From the IMG/VR virus record IMGVR_UViG_3300040802_000030, positions 1-61,385 of that record: DNA of 61,385 bases; one strand, 5' to 3'. The position numbers and the translations under genes are program-made. This document shows, piece after piece, positions 30,173 to 40,157 of this stretch (position 1 is the stretch's first letter; each line of letters opens with the position of its first letter). The notes below the pieces were generated by a model. The model had not been told where the DNA came from. It did no database searches and worked only from the letters and a program-made list of their open reading frames with translations. The stretch is from a virus (taxonomy: Duplodnaviria > Caudoviricetes).

Positions 30173-31053
30173 AGAATAAGTTATCTGCTGTTAGATTTTC
30201 ATTGTTTATAACCGAGTTGTGTAATTTAAAATGTGAGTATTGTGATATACCACTACAAAAAGAACATTTTGATTGTAATGCAAAACTATTATTAAAATAT
30301 CTACCAATTATTGATACATATGATTTTGATTGTTATACTCTTACTGGTGGTGAACCAGGACTTTCATCCTGTATTCCAGAAGTATTTGACATTGTAACAA
30401 AACCTGTAAAAGTCAATACTAACGGAGTGTTCTTTGAAAGAGGATTTTTCGAAAAATATTATGATAAAATTCAAGAGGTTGGATACCATCTTTTGAAGCA
30501 TCCTGGCGAAGTCGTTCCAGATTCGTCGTTATTGAGAGATAAAAAAATAGTGTTATACATACCCTTCGATAATTATAATTGGTTTTTGATACCTAAAATG
30601 GTTGAAGATAATCCTGATATAATGTTCAATTTTATACCTTATATTAGAAAGATAGAAGGTGATAGTCACGATAAAACAGTATCACTTGACAATATGAGAA
30701 AGTTATACAAATCAATATATCACTTCAAAAATACTCAATCAAAAAGTTTATCAATATTAATGAATAAATTAAATCAATCCAATTTAGAATCCCATAGAAA
30801 ATTTTGTATGAACTCAAATACTCGTTATTTGTTTGACTTCACAAGAGGAAAAATATATAGGTGTGCTAAAAGCCGTATACATAATAAAAGTGTAGAAATG
30901 AATGATGAGAATATTGATAAAATTAAGACATTTACATTATTCGAGAATGATGATATTATGGACGAGGCTTGTAAAGATTGTTACTATTTTACATTCTTTT
31001 TAAGATATGCAATGAGAAATAGTATATTAAAGAATAAGAGGAATTATAGTTGA
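30160..31053 (+). CDS. Radical SAM enzyme (paralogue of the preceding gene)
   Basis: CNLKCEYCDI, LTGGEP, NTNG; C..RC..CKDC. Confidence 0.85.
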   Translation: MFGLENKLSAVRFSLFITELCNLKCEYCDIPLQKEHFDCNAKLLLKYLPIIDTYDFDCYTLTGGEPGLSSCIPEVFDIVTKPVKVNTNGVFFERGFFEKYYDKIQEVGYHLLKHPGEVVPDSSLLRDKKIVLYIPFDNYNWFLIPKMVEDNPDIMFNFIPYIRKIEGDSHDKTVSLDNMRKLYKSIYHFKNTQSKSLSILMNKLNQSNLESHRKFCMNSNTRYLFDFTRGKIYRCAKSRIHNKSVEMNDENIDKIKTFTLFENDDIMDEACKDCYYFTFFLRYAMRNSILKNKRNYS

Positions 31054-32039
31054 ATATAATTTTCAGTGGTTCATTTCATAATTATGTTTATGATGATACT
31101 CTATTTGTATCATGGAACTTGATAGAAGATTGTAATTTTAACTGTTACTATTGTGGAACCAAACAAGGTAGAAGTTATGGTAAGGATAACTATAAGAAAT
31201 TATTGAATGAAGAATTGATATCAAATGTAATAGATTTAATATCTTCAAAAATAAATTATGAAAAAATTGATTTTACTATATCAGGTGGTGAACCAAGTAT
31301 AATAGAAGAACATCTTTTTGAATTTTTACTAAATGAGATAAAAGATAAATTAAGTTCTTTCAAAACAACCATTAGATATATGACTAATTTATCTAATGAA
31401 ATTTCATATTATAAAAAGTTATGGAATATACTTGATAACTCAAGAATATTATTTTCACCAACAATACATTATCAAAGTAATATTGATAAATTTGAAAGTA
31501 AAATAAAGAAATTGTCATATGAACCAATTATAATTGATATAAGAGTTCCTATTATAGCAAAAAGTATTAGAATGTCTATACATAGATATGAGAAATTAAA
31601 GAAAATGATAAGTGAAAATATTTTTGTTATTCCAAAGTATATTATGGAATTTGAAAATAAGATAAACAAAAATACTTATGATTGGATAGTTAGAGAGAAT
31701 GAAGATATAGTTTATAAACAACCACTTGATTTATCTTTTGATACATTAATACTTGATGATAATGATAATGTTATTTGGAAAAAACAAAATAGAGATATAT
31801 TCAGTAATTATTATAAAAAAGGAATAAAATGGATATGTTATTTAAAATCTAATATCTTTATTGATTATAAAGGTTTATCTTGGAAGTGTATAAATGACTC
31901 AAATGCTGGTAATATAATAGATAATGATATAGTAGTTTGTGAGTATCCAGTATGTTCTTGTGGTCATCAAATACCAAAGATAAATTTGAAGTATAAGAAA
32001 AGAGTTGAAAAGATAAAGGAAAGTTTTAATGAAAGTTGA
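31050..32039 (+). CDS. Radical SAM enzyme (Twitch-like)
   Basis: CNFNCYYC, SGGEP; CEYPVCSC. Confidence 0.85.
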   Translation: MNIIFSGSFHNYVYDDTLFVSWNLIEDCNFNCYYCGTKQGRSYGKDNYKKLLNEELISNVIDLISSKINYEKIDFTISGGEPSIIEEHLFEFLLNEIKDKLSSFKTTIRYMTNLSNEISYYKKLWNILDNSRILFSPTIHYQSNIDKFESKIKKLSYEPIIIDIRVPIIAKSIRMSIHRYEKLKKMISENIFVIPKYIMEFENKINKNTYDWIVRENEDIVYKQPLDLSFDTLILDDNDNVIWKKQNRDIFSNYYKKGIKWICYLKSNIFIDYKGLSWKCINDSNAGNIIDNDIVVCEYPVCSCGHQIPKINLKYKKRVEKIKESFNES

Positions 32040-32889
32040 TATACTACATCATGTAAGTAAATTTCATCCGTTAAATGGTAATATATTTTATCATTTTGAA
32101 AATTTTATCTTTCTTCTTCAAAGAGGTATTGATGTTAGATTGGTATTCACACCTGATTATGATATTAGTGAAATTTTACCAGTAATGGAAGATAGATACA
32201 ATTTAGATAACATTGATTATAAAAGTAGAATATATACAGATGGTATAGTAAAAGCACCTAATCTAATAACAAATACAAAAGTACTATTAGATTTATGTGG
32301 TAATATAAGGTCAGAGAATATACATTTGGTAAATACCTGGGCATCTATCTTTTATAAAGATGAAATAAAGTTATATAAGAAAAGAAACATAAGAAACATT
32401 ATTGAATATAATGAATGTCCTGAGATTGGTAGAGTAAATTACATAAGACCAATATATTTTGACTTGTTAAGAAAACCTAAACAAGTAGAAAAAGCAACAT
32501 TTTTACATTTATCAGGTGTGAGACATATTGATACCAGAGAGTATATAAAATATGTATTTCCCATAGTAGGAAAAGAAAAGGTTATAATATCATATCCCAA
32601 GTCTCAAGAAGAAGAATTTTATTTCTTAGGTTTATCTAACATTGAATCTTATGTGGGACATGTGCCAAATTTATTTGAGAAATTTGATGCTTATTTTTAT
32701 ATACTACTGAGAGGTAGAGATTATAGTCCAAGAATGTTAGTTGAATCTGCTTATATGGGTAAGAAGATAATTTACATTAACAAAATGGATAATGAGTCAA
32801 GTAAAAGTAGATATAAAGATTGTTTAGAGGGTAATTTTAAAAAGTATGAAATGAATGAAAATGATATATTGTTAAGGAATTTTCTATGA
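32029..32889 (+). CDS. GT-B-like glycosyltransferase paralogue
   Basis: NGNIFYHFE; NLFEKFD.YFY...DYSPRMLVESAYMGK. Confidence 0.5.
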   Translation: MKVDILHHVSKFHPLNGNIFYHFENFIFLLQRGIDVRLVFTPDYDISEILPVMEDRYNLDNIDYKSRIYTDGIVKAPNLITNTKVLLDLCGNIRSENIHLVNTWASIFYKDEIKLYKKRNIRNIIEYNECPEIGRVNYIRPIYFDLLRKPKQVEKATFLHLSGVRHIDTREYIKYVFPIVGKEKVIISYPKSQEEEFYFLGLSNIESYVGHVPNLFEKFDAYFYILLRGRDYSPRMLVESAYMGKKIIYINKMDNESSKSRYKDCLEGNFKKYEMNENDILLRNFL

Positions 32890-33803
32890 TTAAAAATGTA
32901 ATAGGAGAAGATGTAAATCCCTATATAATATGGGAAATAATAACAAAATGTAATTTTAGATGTGGATATTGTTCATTTGAACAAAAAGATGGGTATAGTT
33001 ATTTAGATAGTATAAAGAGAGGTATTAATACAATAACATCATCGGTTGAATCACCAATAATTGATTTTACTGGTGGTGAACCATCATTACACCCAAGTTT
33101 TTGTAATATTTTAAAATACGCGACAGAAAAGAGTAATTCAGATGTTTATGTAACTACAAATGCAACACTAGATTTAAAAGTTCTAAGTGATATATTAAAA
33201 TCAATACCATATATCAATAGACAAAAATTAGGTTTCTATCTAACATATCATCATAAACAAACAAAATTGTATCAATATACAAAATATGCTGAAATATTAA
33301 ATGATTATGGTGTTAGAGTTTTTGTAAAATTTCTTTGTGATCCAAATGATTTTGATGGTATAAAAGATGTTTATGAAAAATACATATCAGACATAAAATA
33401 TGATAAATTCTTTATGAAATATAGATGGGATCACCATAAAGAAAAAGTTTATAGTGATGAGTATTATAAGTGGATACTTGATAATTCAAAGTCAAATGAT
33501 ATATATTTTAATGTTGAATTTGAGGATGGAACACATAAGAAATATTACTATGATACGTTAGTATATGATGATTTAAATAACTTCAAGGGAATGTATTGTA
33601 ATTGTATTAAATTACTATATATTGATGTAATAGGTAGAATTTATCCAAGTTGTTTAAAACATTCATTAAAATCACCTATTGGTAATCTTTACTCTTTGAA
33701 AAATTTGAATAAGATTTATGAAAATAAAGATAAGAAAATCAAATGTATAAAAGAGGAATGTACTGAAATTATTAATAATCCAAATAAGTGGAGTGTTAAA
33801 TGA
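32886..33803 (+). CDS. Radical SAM enzyme (Twitch-like)
   Basis: CNFRCGYC, TGGEP, TTN; CNC..YPSC..CIKEEC. Confidence 0.85.
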   Translation: MIKNVIGEDVNPYIIWEIITKCNFRCGYCSFEQKDGYSYLDSIKRGINTITSSVESPIIDFTGGEPSLHPSFCNILKYATEKSNSDVYVTTNATLDLKVLSDILKSIPYINRQKLGFYLTYHHKQTKLYQYTKYAEILNDYGVRVFVKFLCDPNDFDGIKDVYEKYISDIKYDKFFMKYRWDHHKEKVYSDEYYKWILDNSKSNDIYFNVEFEDGTHKKYYYDTLVYDDLNNFKGMYCNCIKLLYIDVIGRIYPSCLKHSLKSPIGNLYSLKNLNKIYENKDKKIKCIKEECTEIINNPNKWSVK

Positions 33804-35101
33804 AATCAATATTTGTGGTAATGAGGTCAGAAGGTGATCCAGAAAATCCTTTAACGGCATTTTCTATAGCAAAAGCTATAATGAGAGATATTGACTTGGC
33901 AATGTTAAACTTTCCACGAGTTGAAGTAAAAGATGATTTTTTTATGAATAGGACTACATATACGGTGCCTTATGTATATGGTAAAACTATTGATGATGTT
34001 GTGGATATACAAGCAATTCAGCAATTATTTACTAATTTTGATAATATGGAAAAACTTACATATAAGTTAAACATACCAAAATTCAGAGATAATTTCATAA
34101 ATCGTCTTTATAAAGAAGCAGAAAGAATATCTCAATACGATATAGCATTTTTTTCTGTTTTCAGATTTCATTTACTATATCATTTACTATTAGCTGCAAT
34201 GATAAAAGATATTAATAAAAACATCAAAATTGTATTTGGTGGACCTCAAATAATACTATCAAAATTAACAAGAAATTTGTTACAAAAATGTACTTTTGTT
34301 GATACCACATTGATTGGTAATGTTGAGGATTGTTTACCGAGTTATTTAAAATTTTACCCAAATTTACCTAAAGTGATGATGGTAAAAAATAGTAATAATA
34401 TCAACAATATAATACCAGTTTACTATCCATTTACTAAGATTTTTGATAATACGGTCAATTTGTTTTCTAGTAGAAATTGTTCTATGTTATGTTCTTATTG
34501 TCCAAATGGGTCAAATATATTAAAATATCAAAAAGTGAAATTAGATATATTTAGTAGGTGGTTAGATATATATTCATCAAATAAGATATATCTAACTGAC
34601 CCTTTTATTAATTTAATAAGTAAGAGATTTCTTAAAATATTAGATATATTAAAAGAAACAAATTTTAAGGGTAAATATATTATGTGGACTGACCCTAAGA
34701 AATTAACATTTGAACAGGTTGATAAAATATGTGATTTAAAACCAAGAAAAATATGGTTAGCATATGATATAGTTGATGAAAAATTTTCAATAAAACATAA
34801 TAGGTTTGTTAATAAAATTACAGATGAAAAAATAAAAACTTTGACTGATAGTGGTATTAATACACTTGTTCCTTTTATTATTGGATTACCGGGTGAAACT
34901 AAGGATATTTTTAATAAAACATTGAAAAAAATTGAAATGTTAAAATTAACTTGTAATGGAAATTTATCAATTATTCTATGTTCTTATTTACATAATGTTG
35001 GTTCACCATTATTTCATAGTGACCCAAATTATTTAAATGGTGTACCGGAAGATGAAATGAAAAAAAGATTATCAATGGCATACAATATTATTGATAATTG
35101 A
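33800..35101 (+). CDS. Cobalamin-binding (class B-like) radical SAM enzyme
   Basis: N-terminal B12-binding-like KIVFGGPQ, SRNCSMLCSYC, FIIGLPGET, GSPL. Confidence 0.75.
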   Translation: MKSIFVVMRSEGDPENPLTAFSIAKAIMRDIDLAMLNFPRVEVKDDFFMNRTTYTVPYVYGKTIDDVVDIQAIQQLFTNFDNMEKLTYKLNIPKFRDNFINRLYKEAERISQYDIAFFSVFRFHLLYHLLLAAMIKDINKNIKIVFGGPQIILSKLTRNLLQKCTFVDTTLIGNVEDCLPSYLKFYPNLPKVMMVKNSNNINNIIPVYYPFTKIFDNTVNLFSSRNCSMLCSYCPNGSNILKYQKVKLDIFSRWLDIYSSNKIYLTDPFINLISKRFLKILDILKETNFKGKYIMWTDPKKLTFEQVDKICDLKPRKIWLAYDIVDEKFSIKHNRFVNKITDEKIKTLTDSGINTLVPFIIGLPGETKDIFNKTLKKIEMLKLTCNGNLSIILCSYLHNVGSPLFHSDPNYLNGVPEDEMKKRLSMAYNIIDN

Positions 35102-35103
35102 TG

Positions 35104-35132
35104 TTTACAAGTGTAGTTTTTTAGTGTATAAT
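35104..35132 (+). promoter_or_regulatory. T4-type early promoter
   Basis: GTTTACA-N17-TATAAT with extended TG, upstream of gp47. Confidence 0.8.
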
Positions 35133-35173
35133 AAGTTATTGTTTAGTGAAATATTTAAAGGTAATTTGTTGAA

Positions 35174-36148
35174 ATGACTAAAAAATTATTTGTTACAGAT
35201 ACACATCTTGGTTTGTCTAAGTCTTCAGATTTATGGCACAACATTACATTAAACTTATTTAATGATATTAGAGACTATTGTATTAGAAATGATATTAATA
35301 CTATAATTCATCTTGGTGATTTTTTTCACGATAGGAAGTCGTTGAATACAAAAACACAAGAAATAGCCCACCTGATTGCTAAAATGTTCGAAGGTAGAAA
35401 ATTATATATCATAATTGGAAATCACGATACATTTTACAAAAATCAACTATATCCCACAACTTTAGAGTTTCTTAAAAGCTATTCTTGGATTACTATTGTT
35501 GATGAAGTAATTCATGTAGATGAACTAACTTTATGTCCGTGGGGAAAAATACCACAATATCAAGGTTCATATTGTTGTGGTCATTTTGAGTTATCTGGAT
35601 TTCATATGAATAATTCATATGTATGTGAACATGGTACTGATCCAAACACTCTAAAAGAGTTTGAGCATGTTTATTCAGGACATTTTCATACACCCTCAAC
35701 AAAAGGAAATATAACTTATTTAGGTTCAGCATTTCCACAATCATTTCACGATGTTGGTTCACCAAGGGGTTACTATGAATTTGAAGATGGTAATTTAAAA
35801 TTTATTGAATTTACTGGTTCTCCAAAGTTTATTAAATGTAATACAATAAACTATAAGGATTTTGATTTAAAAAACAATATTGTAAAAGTAACATTCATAG
35901 AAGATTATGGTAATGTTGAGAATCAAAGAATAATAGATGAGATAAACTCTATGGAACCATTAAAACTTGATGTTAATTTTGAAAAAATAGTATCTGAAGA
36001 CAATACAAAGTTAGAATTGGAAGTATCTGATTTACCAAATCATAGAGATTTGATATCAAAATTTATTGATGATGTTAGTAAGTTACCTAAGAATATTGAT
36101 AAAAAGTTATTAAAATCATTTGTTTACAAATTAATGGAGGATTTATAA
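35174..36148 (+). CDS. gp47: Recombination endonuclease subunit gp47 (Mre11/SbcD-like)
   Basis: DTHLG, GDFFH, GNHD, GHFH metallophosphoesterase motifs. Confidence 0.9.
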   Translation: MTKKLFVTDTHLGLSKSSDLWHNITLNLFNDIRDYCIRNDINTIIHLGDFFHDRKSLNTKTQEIAHLIAKMFEGRKLYIIIGNHDTFYKNQLYPTTLEFLKSYSWITIVDEVIHVDELTLCPWGKIPQYQGSYCCGHFELSGFHMNNSYVCEHGTDPNTLKEFEHVYSGHFHTPSTKGNITYLGSAFPQSFHDVGSPRGYYEFEDGNLKFIEFTGSPKFIKCNTINYKDFDLKNNIVKVTFIEDYGNVENQRIIDEINSMEPLKLDVNFEKIVSEDNTKLELEVSDLPNHRDLISKFIDDVSKLPKNIDKKLLKSFVYKLMEDL

Positions 36149-36152
36149 AATA

Positions 36153-36446
36153 ATGAGTGGTTTACCGGAAATGACAGGTGGTGTAGATTTAGAAGAATTA
36201 AAAGAAGGTTATGTTGATATATGGATAAAAAGGGATGATTTTTGTTCATATAGGGGTGAATGTAAAATTGATATGGTATCATCAAACGGACAATGTTTGT
36301 ATTGTATTTATAGAATAGGTCTAAGAATACCACAAATGATTGATGCGGCAATAGAACAAAAGAGAAAAAAGAAAGAAGAAGAAGAAAGAAAAATAAAAGA
36401 AGAAATAGAAAAATGGATTAAAAAGAAAGAGGAAATAAATGAGTAA
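36153..36446 (+). CDS. Hypothetical protein
   Basis: Operonic ORF with four cysteines and a charged tail. Confidence 0.55.
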   Translation: MSGLPEMTGGVDLEELKEGYVDIWIKRDDFCSYRGECKIDMVSSNGQCLYCIYRIGLRIPQMIDAAIEQKRKKKEEEERKIKEEIEKWIKKKEEINE

Positions 36447-36822
36447 TTTTGATGGTCCTTCTGCAAGAAAAGTAGTTTTTCTCAAAAGTTTTTTTGAAGA
36501 TGATTTCCCAGAAAGAGGAATGATAGCTTGGTTCATTAGATATGAGTGGCAAGAGAAAGAAGGTTGTTATAAACTATTTTTCAATTTTAAAGATTTTGAA
36601 AAAGAAAATGAAAAGTATTTTACTGAGTCGTATTTTCCAAATACTTACACTAAAAAATTGATAGATTATGAGGGTCATGAGGATAAACCATACTGGACGG
36701 CAATAGAAGCGGGTTATTATAATCCAAGATATAGTGTTTATTTTTCATTACCAAGTGACAAAAGGGATGATGAAGAATTAAATAAGGAATTATTGAATTA
36801 TCTAAAAATAATAATGTTTTAA
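36439..36822 (+). CDS. Hypothetical protein
   Basis: Operonic ORF with a Shine-Dalgarno site. Confidence 0.6.
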   Translation: MSNFDGPSARKVVFLKSFFEDDFPERGMIAWFIRYEWQEKEGCYKLFFNFKDFEKENEKYFTESYFPNTYTKKLIDYEGHEDKPYWTAIEAGYYNPRYSVYFSLPSDKRDDEELNKELLNYLKIIMF

Positions 36823-36840
36823 AACAGAAAGGAATTAAAA

Positions 36841-37314
36841 ATGGGTAGATTTGTTGATGCTGATGAAGATGTAATTGATGTTGTGAGTTCTGTAAAAGAA
36901 GAAACTTTTCCTGAATTAGCACAAGCTAATATAAAAATCATCATGGATCAAAAGAAAAGAACATCAGGCGGTAAATATGTTCTTGGTCGTATGAAAAAAA
37001 CAAATGAACTTGAGAGACATTTAAGTGTTAATGAGGCAGGAACACAAGATGGTTTTGATTATATTATGTATCTTGATGAAATGGCGTGGAATATCGCGAC
37101 ACCAGAGGAAAGAAAAAAGTTGGTTAGACATGAGTTGAGACATTGTGAACTTGATAATGACTCAAATACTAATCCATATAAAGTAAAGGGACATGATATT
37201 GAGGATTTTGAAGCGGAAATTCGATTAAATGCCGATGATCCAGGTTGGGCGAATAGATTGGGAGAAAGAGTTCAACTTGAATATGAAGCAGAGGCAGAAA
37301 GGCGGAGAAGATGA
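36841..37314 (+). CDS. Putative phage metallopeptidase
   Basis: LVRHELRHC and GHDIEDF motifs. Confidence 0.7.
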   Translation: MGRFVDADEDVIDVVSSVKEETFPELAQANIKIIMDQKKRTSGGKYVLGRMKKTNELERHLSVNEAGTQDGFDYIMYLDEMAWNIATPEERKKLVRHELRHCELDNDSNTNPYKVKGHDIEDFEAEIRLNADDPGWANRLGERVQLEYEAEAERRRR

Positions 37315-37445
37315 TGGAATTTTTATTGGGATGTGTTTTTACATTTTTAAAATGTTCGTTGGGTGGTGTTTTATTACTAATTGCGTGGGGTATTTTTGTA
37401 ATAATAATGAGTATGTGCTTTTCTCTTATTCAAAAAATCTTTTAA
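37311..37445 (+). CDS. Small hydrophobic membrane protein (44 aa, absent from the ORF track)
   Basis: MMEFLLGCVFTFLKCSLGGVLLLIAWGIFVIIMSMCFSLIQKIF; ATGA overlap with the upstream stop; GGAG Shine-Dalgarno. Confidence 0.55.
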   Translation: MMEFLLGCVFTFLKCSLGGVLLLIAWGIFVIIMSMCFSLIQKIF

Positions 37446-37458
37446 GGAATTTTAAAAT

Positions 37459-39669
37459 ATGTTGAGTTTAGAATATGTTAAGTTCAAAAATTTTTTATCA
37501 TTTGGTAGTAAAATGCAAGAAGTACCATTTAATGATGGTATTAATATTGTATTGGGATATGATAAAGATAATGATAAATCAAATGGTGCGGGAAAAAGTT
37601 CTTTTCTTGAAACAATTCCATTTGCTCTTTATGGTCAAATACATAAAGATGTAAAACAAGAAGACATAATAAATTGGAAAAATAGAAAATCCTGTCTTGT
37701 TGAATTATCCTTTTCTAAAGGTGAAAAAAGATATATCGTAAAAAGAGGAATAAAACCCAAAATATTTGATATTTATGAAGATGGTATTTTAATTGATAAA
37801 CCAGCACATTCTCGTGATTATCAAGCAATATTGGAAAATATTGTGGGTCTTAATTTTCAAACTTTTATGTCACTTGTTCACACAAATATTAACTCATCAA
37901 CACCTGTATTAGCGATGAGTAAACCGGATAAAAGAAAATTCATAGAAAAGATATTTGGACTTGAATTGTATAGTTTATTAAATGACTTAGCAAATTCTAA
38001 ACTTAAAACAATAAACGATACTGTAAGAGAAAGTGAAATAAAAATAGAGTCAAATAATTCTCGTATTAATGATATAACATCAACTATTTCAACATTAAAA
38101 CTTAAAATAAATCAAGAAAGTAATACAGATAAATTACTAAAAGAGAAAAGAGTAATACTAAATGAACTACTTGAAAAGACAAAGGGTAGTAAAGAAGAAT
38201 TACTTGACTTAAAAGATGATATTTTAAATTTAGAAACAAAATCAGCAAGATTGAATTTAATAATTGAAAGAATTAGTAATAAAAATATCAATAATGTAAA
38301 GTATAAATTACTAAACCCAATATCTACAAAATTATCTGAATTACTAACTCTAAAAAAGAAGTATGATGACTCTATATTTCTTATTAAAGAATTGGATAAA
38401 TTAAGAAAAGAACATACTTCATTAAAAGTTTTGGAAGGTATAATGGATGAAAAAAATGAGTCAATTTCATCTTATGATGAAAAGAGGTTTAAGATAAAAA
38501 ATGAAAAAATACAAATTGATAGTGAAATTCAATCTCTTAGTAAGGAAATAAAAAGTATTGAATCTCAAGTAAATTCTTTACAAAAAGATTCTATTTGTCC
38601 TACATGTGGTCAAAAGATAAAAGATATACCAGTAGAACAAGTAGAACTGTTAAAGTACTCAATAGAAGAAAAAAGAAATGAGTTAATTAATAAAGAAAAA
38701 CCTAGTAAAGAATTAGAGATTGAATTGGTGGAAATTGAAAAAATCCTTGAAAAACTTAAAAAAGAAAGGTCAGATACAAAAAAGATATATGATAAAATGG
38801 CCTCAATAGAAAGAGAAGTTTCAAGTATTATTGAAGTTAAAAAAGAAGAATTGGATGATTTGATTAAAAAATCAGATAAATACAAATCAGTAATTGAGAG
38901 TCTTTTAAAAGAGAAGGAAAGACTATTAAAAGAGAAATCTCATACTGATAATGGTATATCTTTTTCTTTAGAGAGACAAAGAGATATTGAATATCAATTT
39001 AGAAAAATAGAAGAAGTTAATAATGAGATAGGTTTACTTAAAGAAAGAGAAAAGTTAGAAGAAAAGAATAGAAAAGAAATACAAGAACTTCTTGATAATC
39101 AAAAAAAGACGTTAGATATAGTAAATTATGAAACAAGGAGTTTAAAAAATAACATTCAAAGTAAACAAAAAATGGTTGACTATCTTGACACAATAAAGTG
39201 GATGTGTAAGGATGAAAATATTAAAAAGTTTGCTATATCATATAAAATGCCATATCTTAATAGTAGAGTAAATCATTACTTATCAGAGGTTGGTTATGGT
39301 TTTTATGCTGTTATTGATAAATGGTTAGATACTATAATAAAAGCTCCTGGTATTCCAAATGGCAGTTATGGTTCACTATCAGGTGGTGAGGCGAGAGGAA
39401 TTGATCTGGCATTACAATTTGCAATTCATGATATCGCACGTTTACAATCGGGTGTATGGCCTGATACAATAGTTATGGATGAAGTGTTAGATAGTAGTAT
39501 TGATAGTAAAGGTATTGAAAAAATAATGGGTATAATAAAAGCAAAACAAATAGAACAAAACAACAAAATTTTTATCATATCACATAGAGAAGAAATGGAT
39601 CAATTTGAACCCGATAATATATATTTTGTTGAAAAATCAGATGGTTATTCAAAGGTGACTATAAAATGA
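37459..39669 (+). CDS. gp46: Recombination ATPase gp46 (Rad50/SbcC-like)
   Basis: NGAGKS Walker A, coiled coil with CPTC zinc hook, LSGGE signature, MDE Walker B, ISH. Confidence 0.92.
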   Translation: MLSLEYVKFKNFLSFGSKMQEVPFNDGINIVLGYDKDNDKSNGAGKSSFLETIPFALYGQIHKDVKQEDIINWKNRKSCLVELSFSKGEKRYIVKRGIKPKIFDIYEDGILIDKPAHSRDYQAILENIVGLNFQTFMSLVHTNINSSTPVLAMSKPDKRKFIEKIFGLELYSLLNDLANSKLKTINDTVRESEIKIESNNSRINDITSTISTLKLKINQESNTDKLLKEKRVILNELLEKTKGSKEELLDLKDDILNLETKSARLNLIIERISNKNINNVKYKLLNPISTKLSELLTLKKKYDDSIFLIKELDKLRKEHTSLKVLEGIMDEKNESISSYDEKRFKIKNEKIQIDSEIQSLSKEIKSIESQVNSLQKDSICPTCGQKIKDIPVEQVELLKYSIEEKRNELINKEKPSKELEIELVEIEKILEKLKKERSDTKKIYDKMASIEREVSSIIEVKKEELDDLIKKSDKYKSVIESLLKEKERLLKEKSHTDNGISFSLERQRDIEYQFRKIEEVNNEIGLLKEREKLEEKNRKEIQELLDNQKKTLDIVNYETRSLKNNIQSKQKMVDYLDTIKWMCKDENIKKFAISYKMPYLNSRVNHYLSEVGYGFYAVIDKWLDTIIKAPGIPNGSYGSLSGGEARGIDLALQFAIHDIARLQSGVWPDTIVMDEVLDSSIDSKGIEKIMGIIKAKQIEQNNKIFIISHREEMDQFEPDNIYFVEKSDGYSKVTIK

Positions 39670-40157
39670 AACATATACCAGCAATATTTGTAATGATGTT
39701 ATTAATAGCATCATTTGTATATTTCAATGTAAGAGAAGAAAGAAGAATAATAAAAGAAAGAGCAAGAATTGAACAAATACAAAAGAAAGAATCTAATTTA
39801 GAAAAAGTAAATCGAATTGAAGAAGAACAAAGTAAAATACCAGAGGTATTTGAAACGGCCAGTAATGAGGAGATTGTGTTATTTGAGGAAAATTGTAGTC
39901 CAGTAATAGAAGTAAAAAATGAATACAGATTTAAATCTGCTATTGGTTTTACTATGTCAATAACAAATGATTGTAACTATGTCTTGCCAGGTGGTTATTT
40001 AACAGTAAAGTTAATGGATAAAAATAATTTTATTGTTGCGGAAAAAATGGTAAAACATAATGATATAAATCCATTTACTTCACAAATATTTGAAGTAGTA
40101 TTTAAAAATATAGGTGAATTAGGTGCAATTTCTTATGGGTTAAGATATGATAGGTAA
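39666..40157 (+). CDS. Membrane-anchored hypothetical protein
   Basis: N-terminal hydrophobic helix, then a beta-rich domain. Confidence 0.55.
   Translation: MKHIPAIFVMMLLIASFVYFNVREERRIIKERARIEQIQKKESNLEKVNRIEEEQSKIPEVFETASNEEIVLFEENCSPVIEVKNEYRFKSAIGFTMSITNDCNYVLPGGYLTVKLMDKNNFIVAEKMVKHNDINPFTSQIFEVVFKNIGELGAISYGLRYDR

Noticed and set aside
19703-35101. 7-deazaguanine (QueE) or anaerobic RNR activase explanation for the radical SAM genes
   Set aside because: No queC, queD, folE, dpdA or nrdD in the window, and the enzymes carry SPASM/Twitch or B12 domains.
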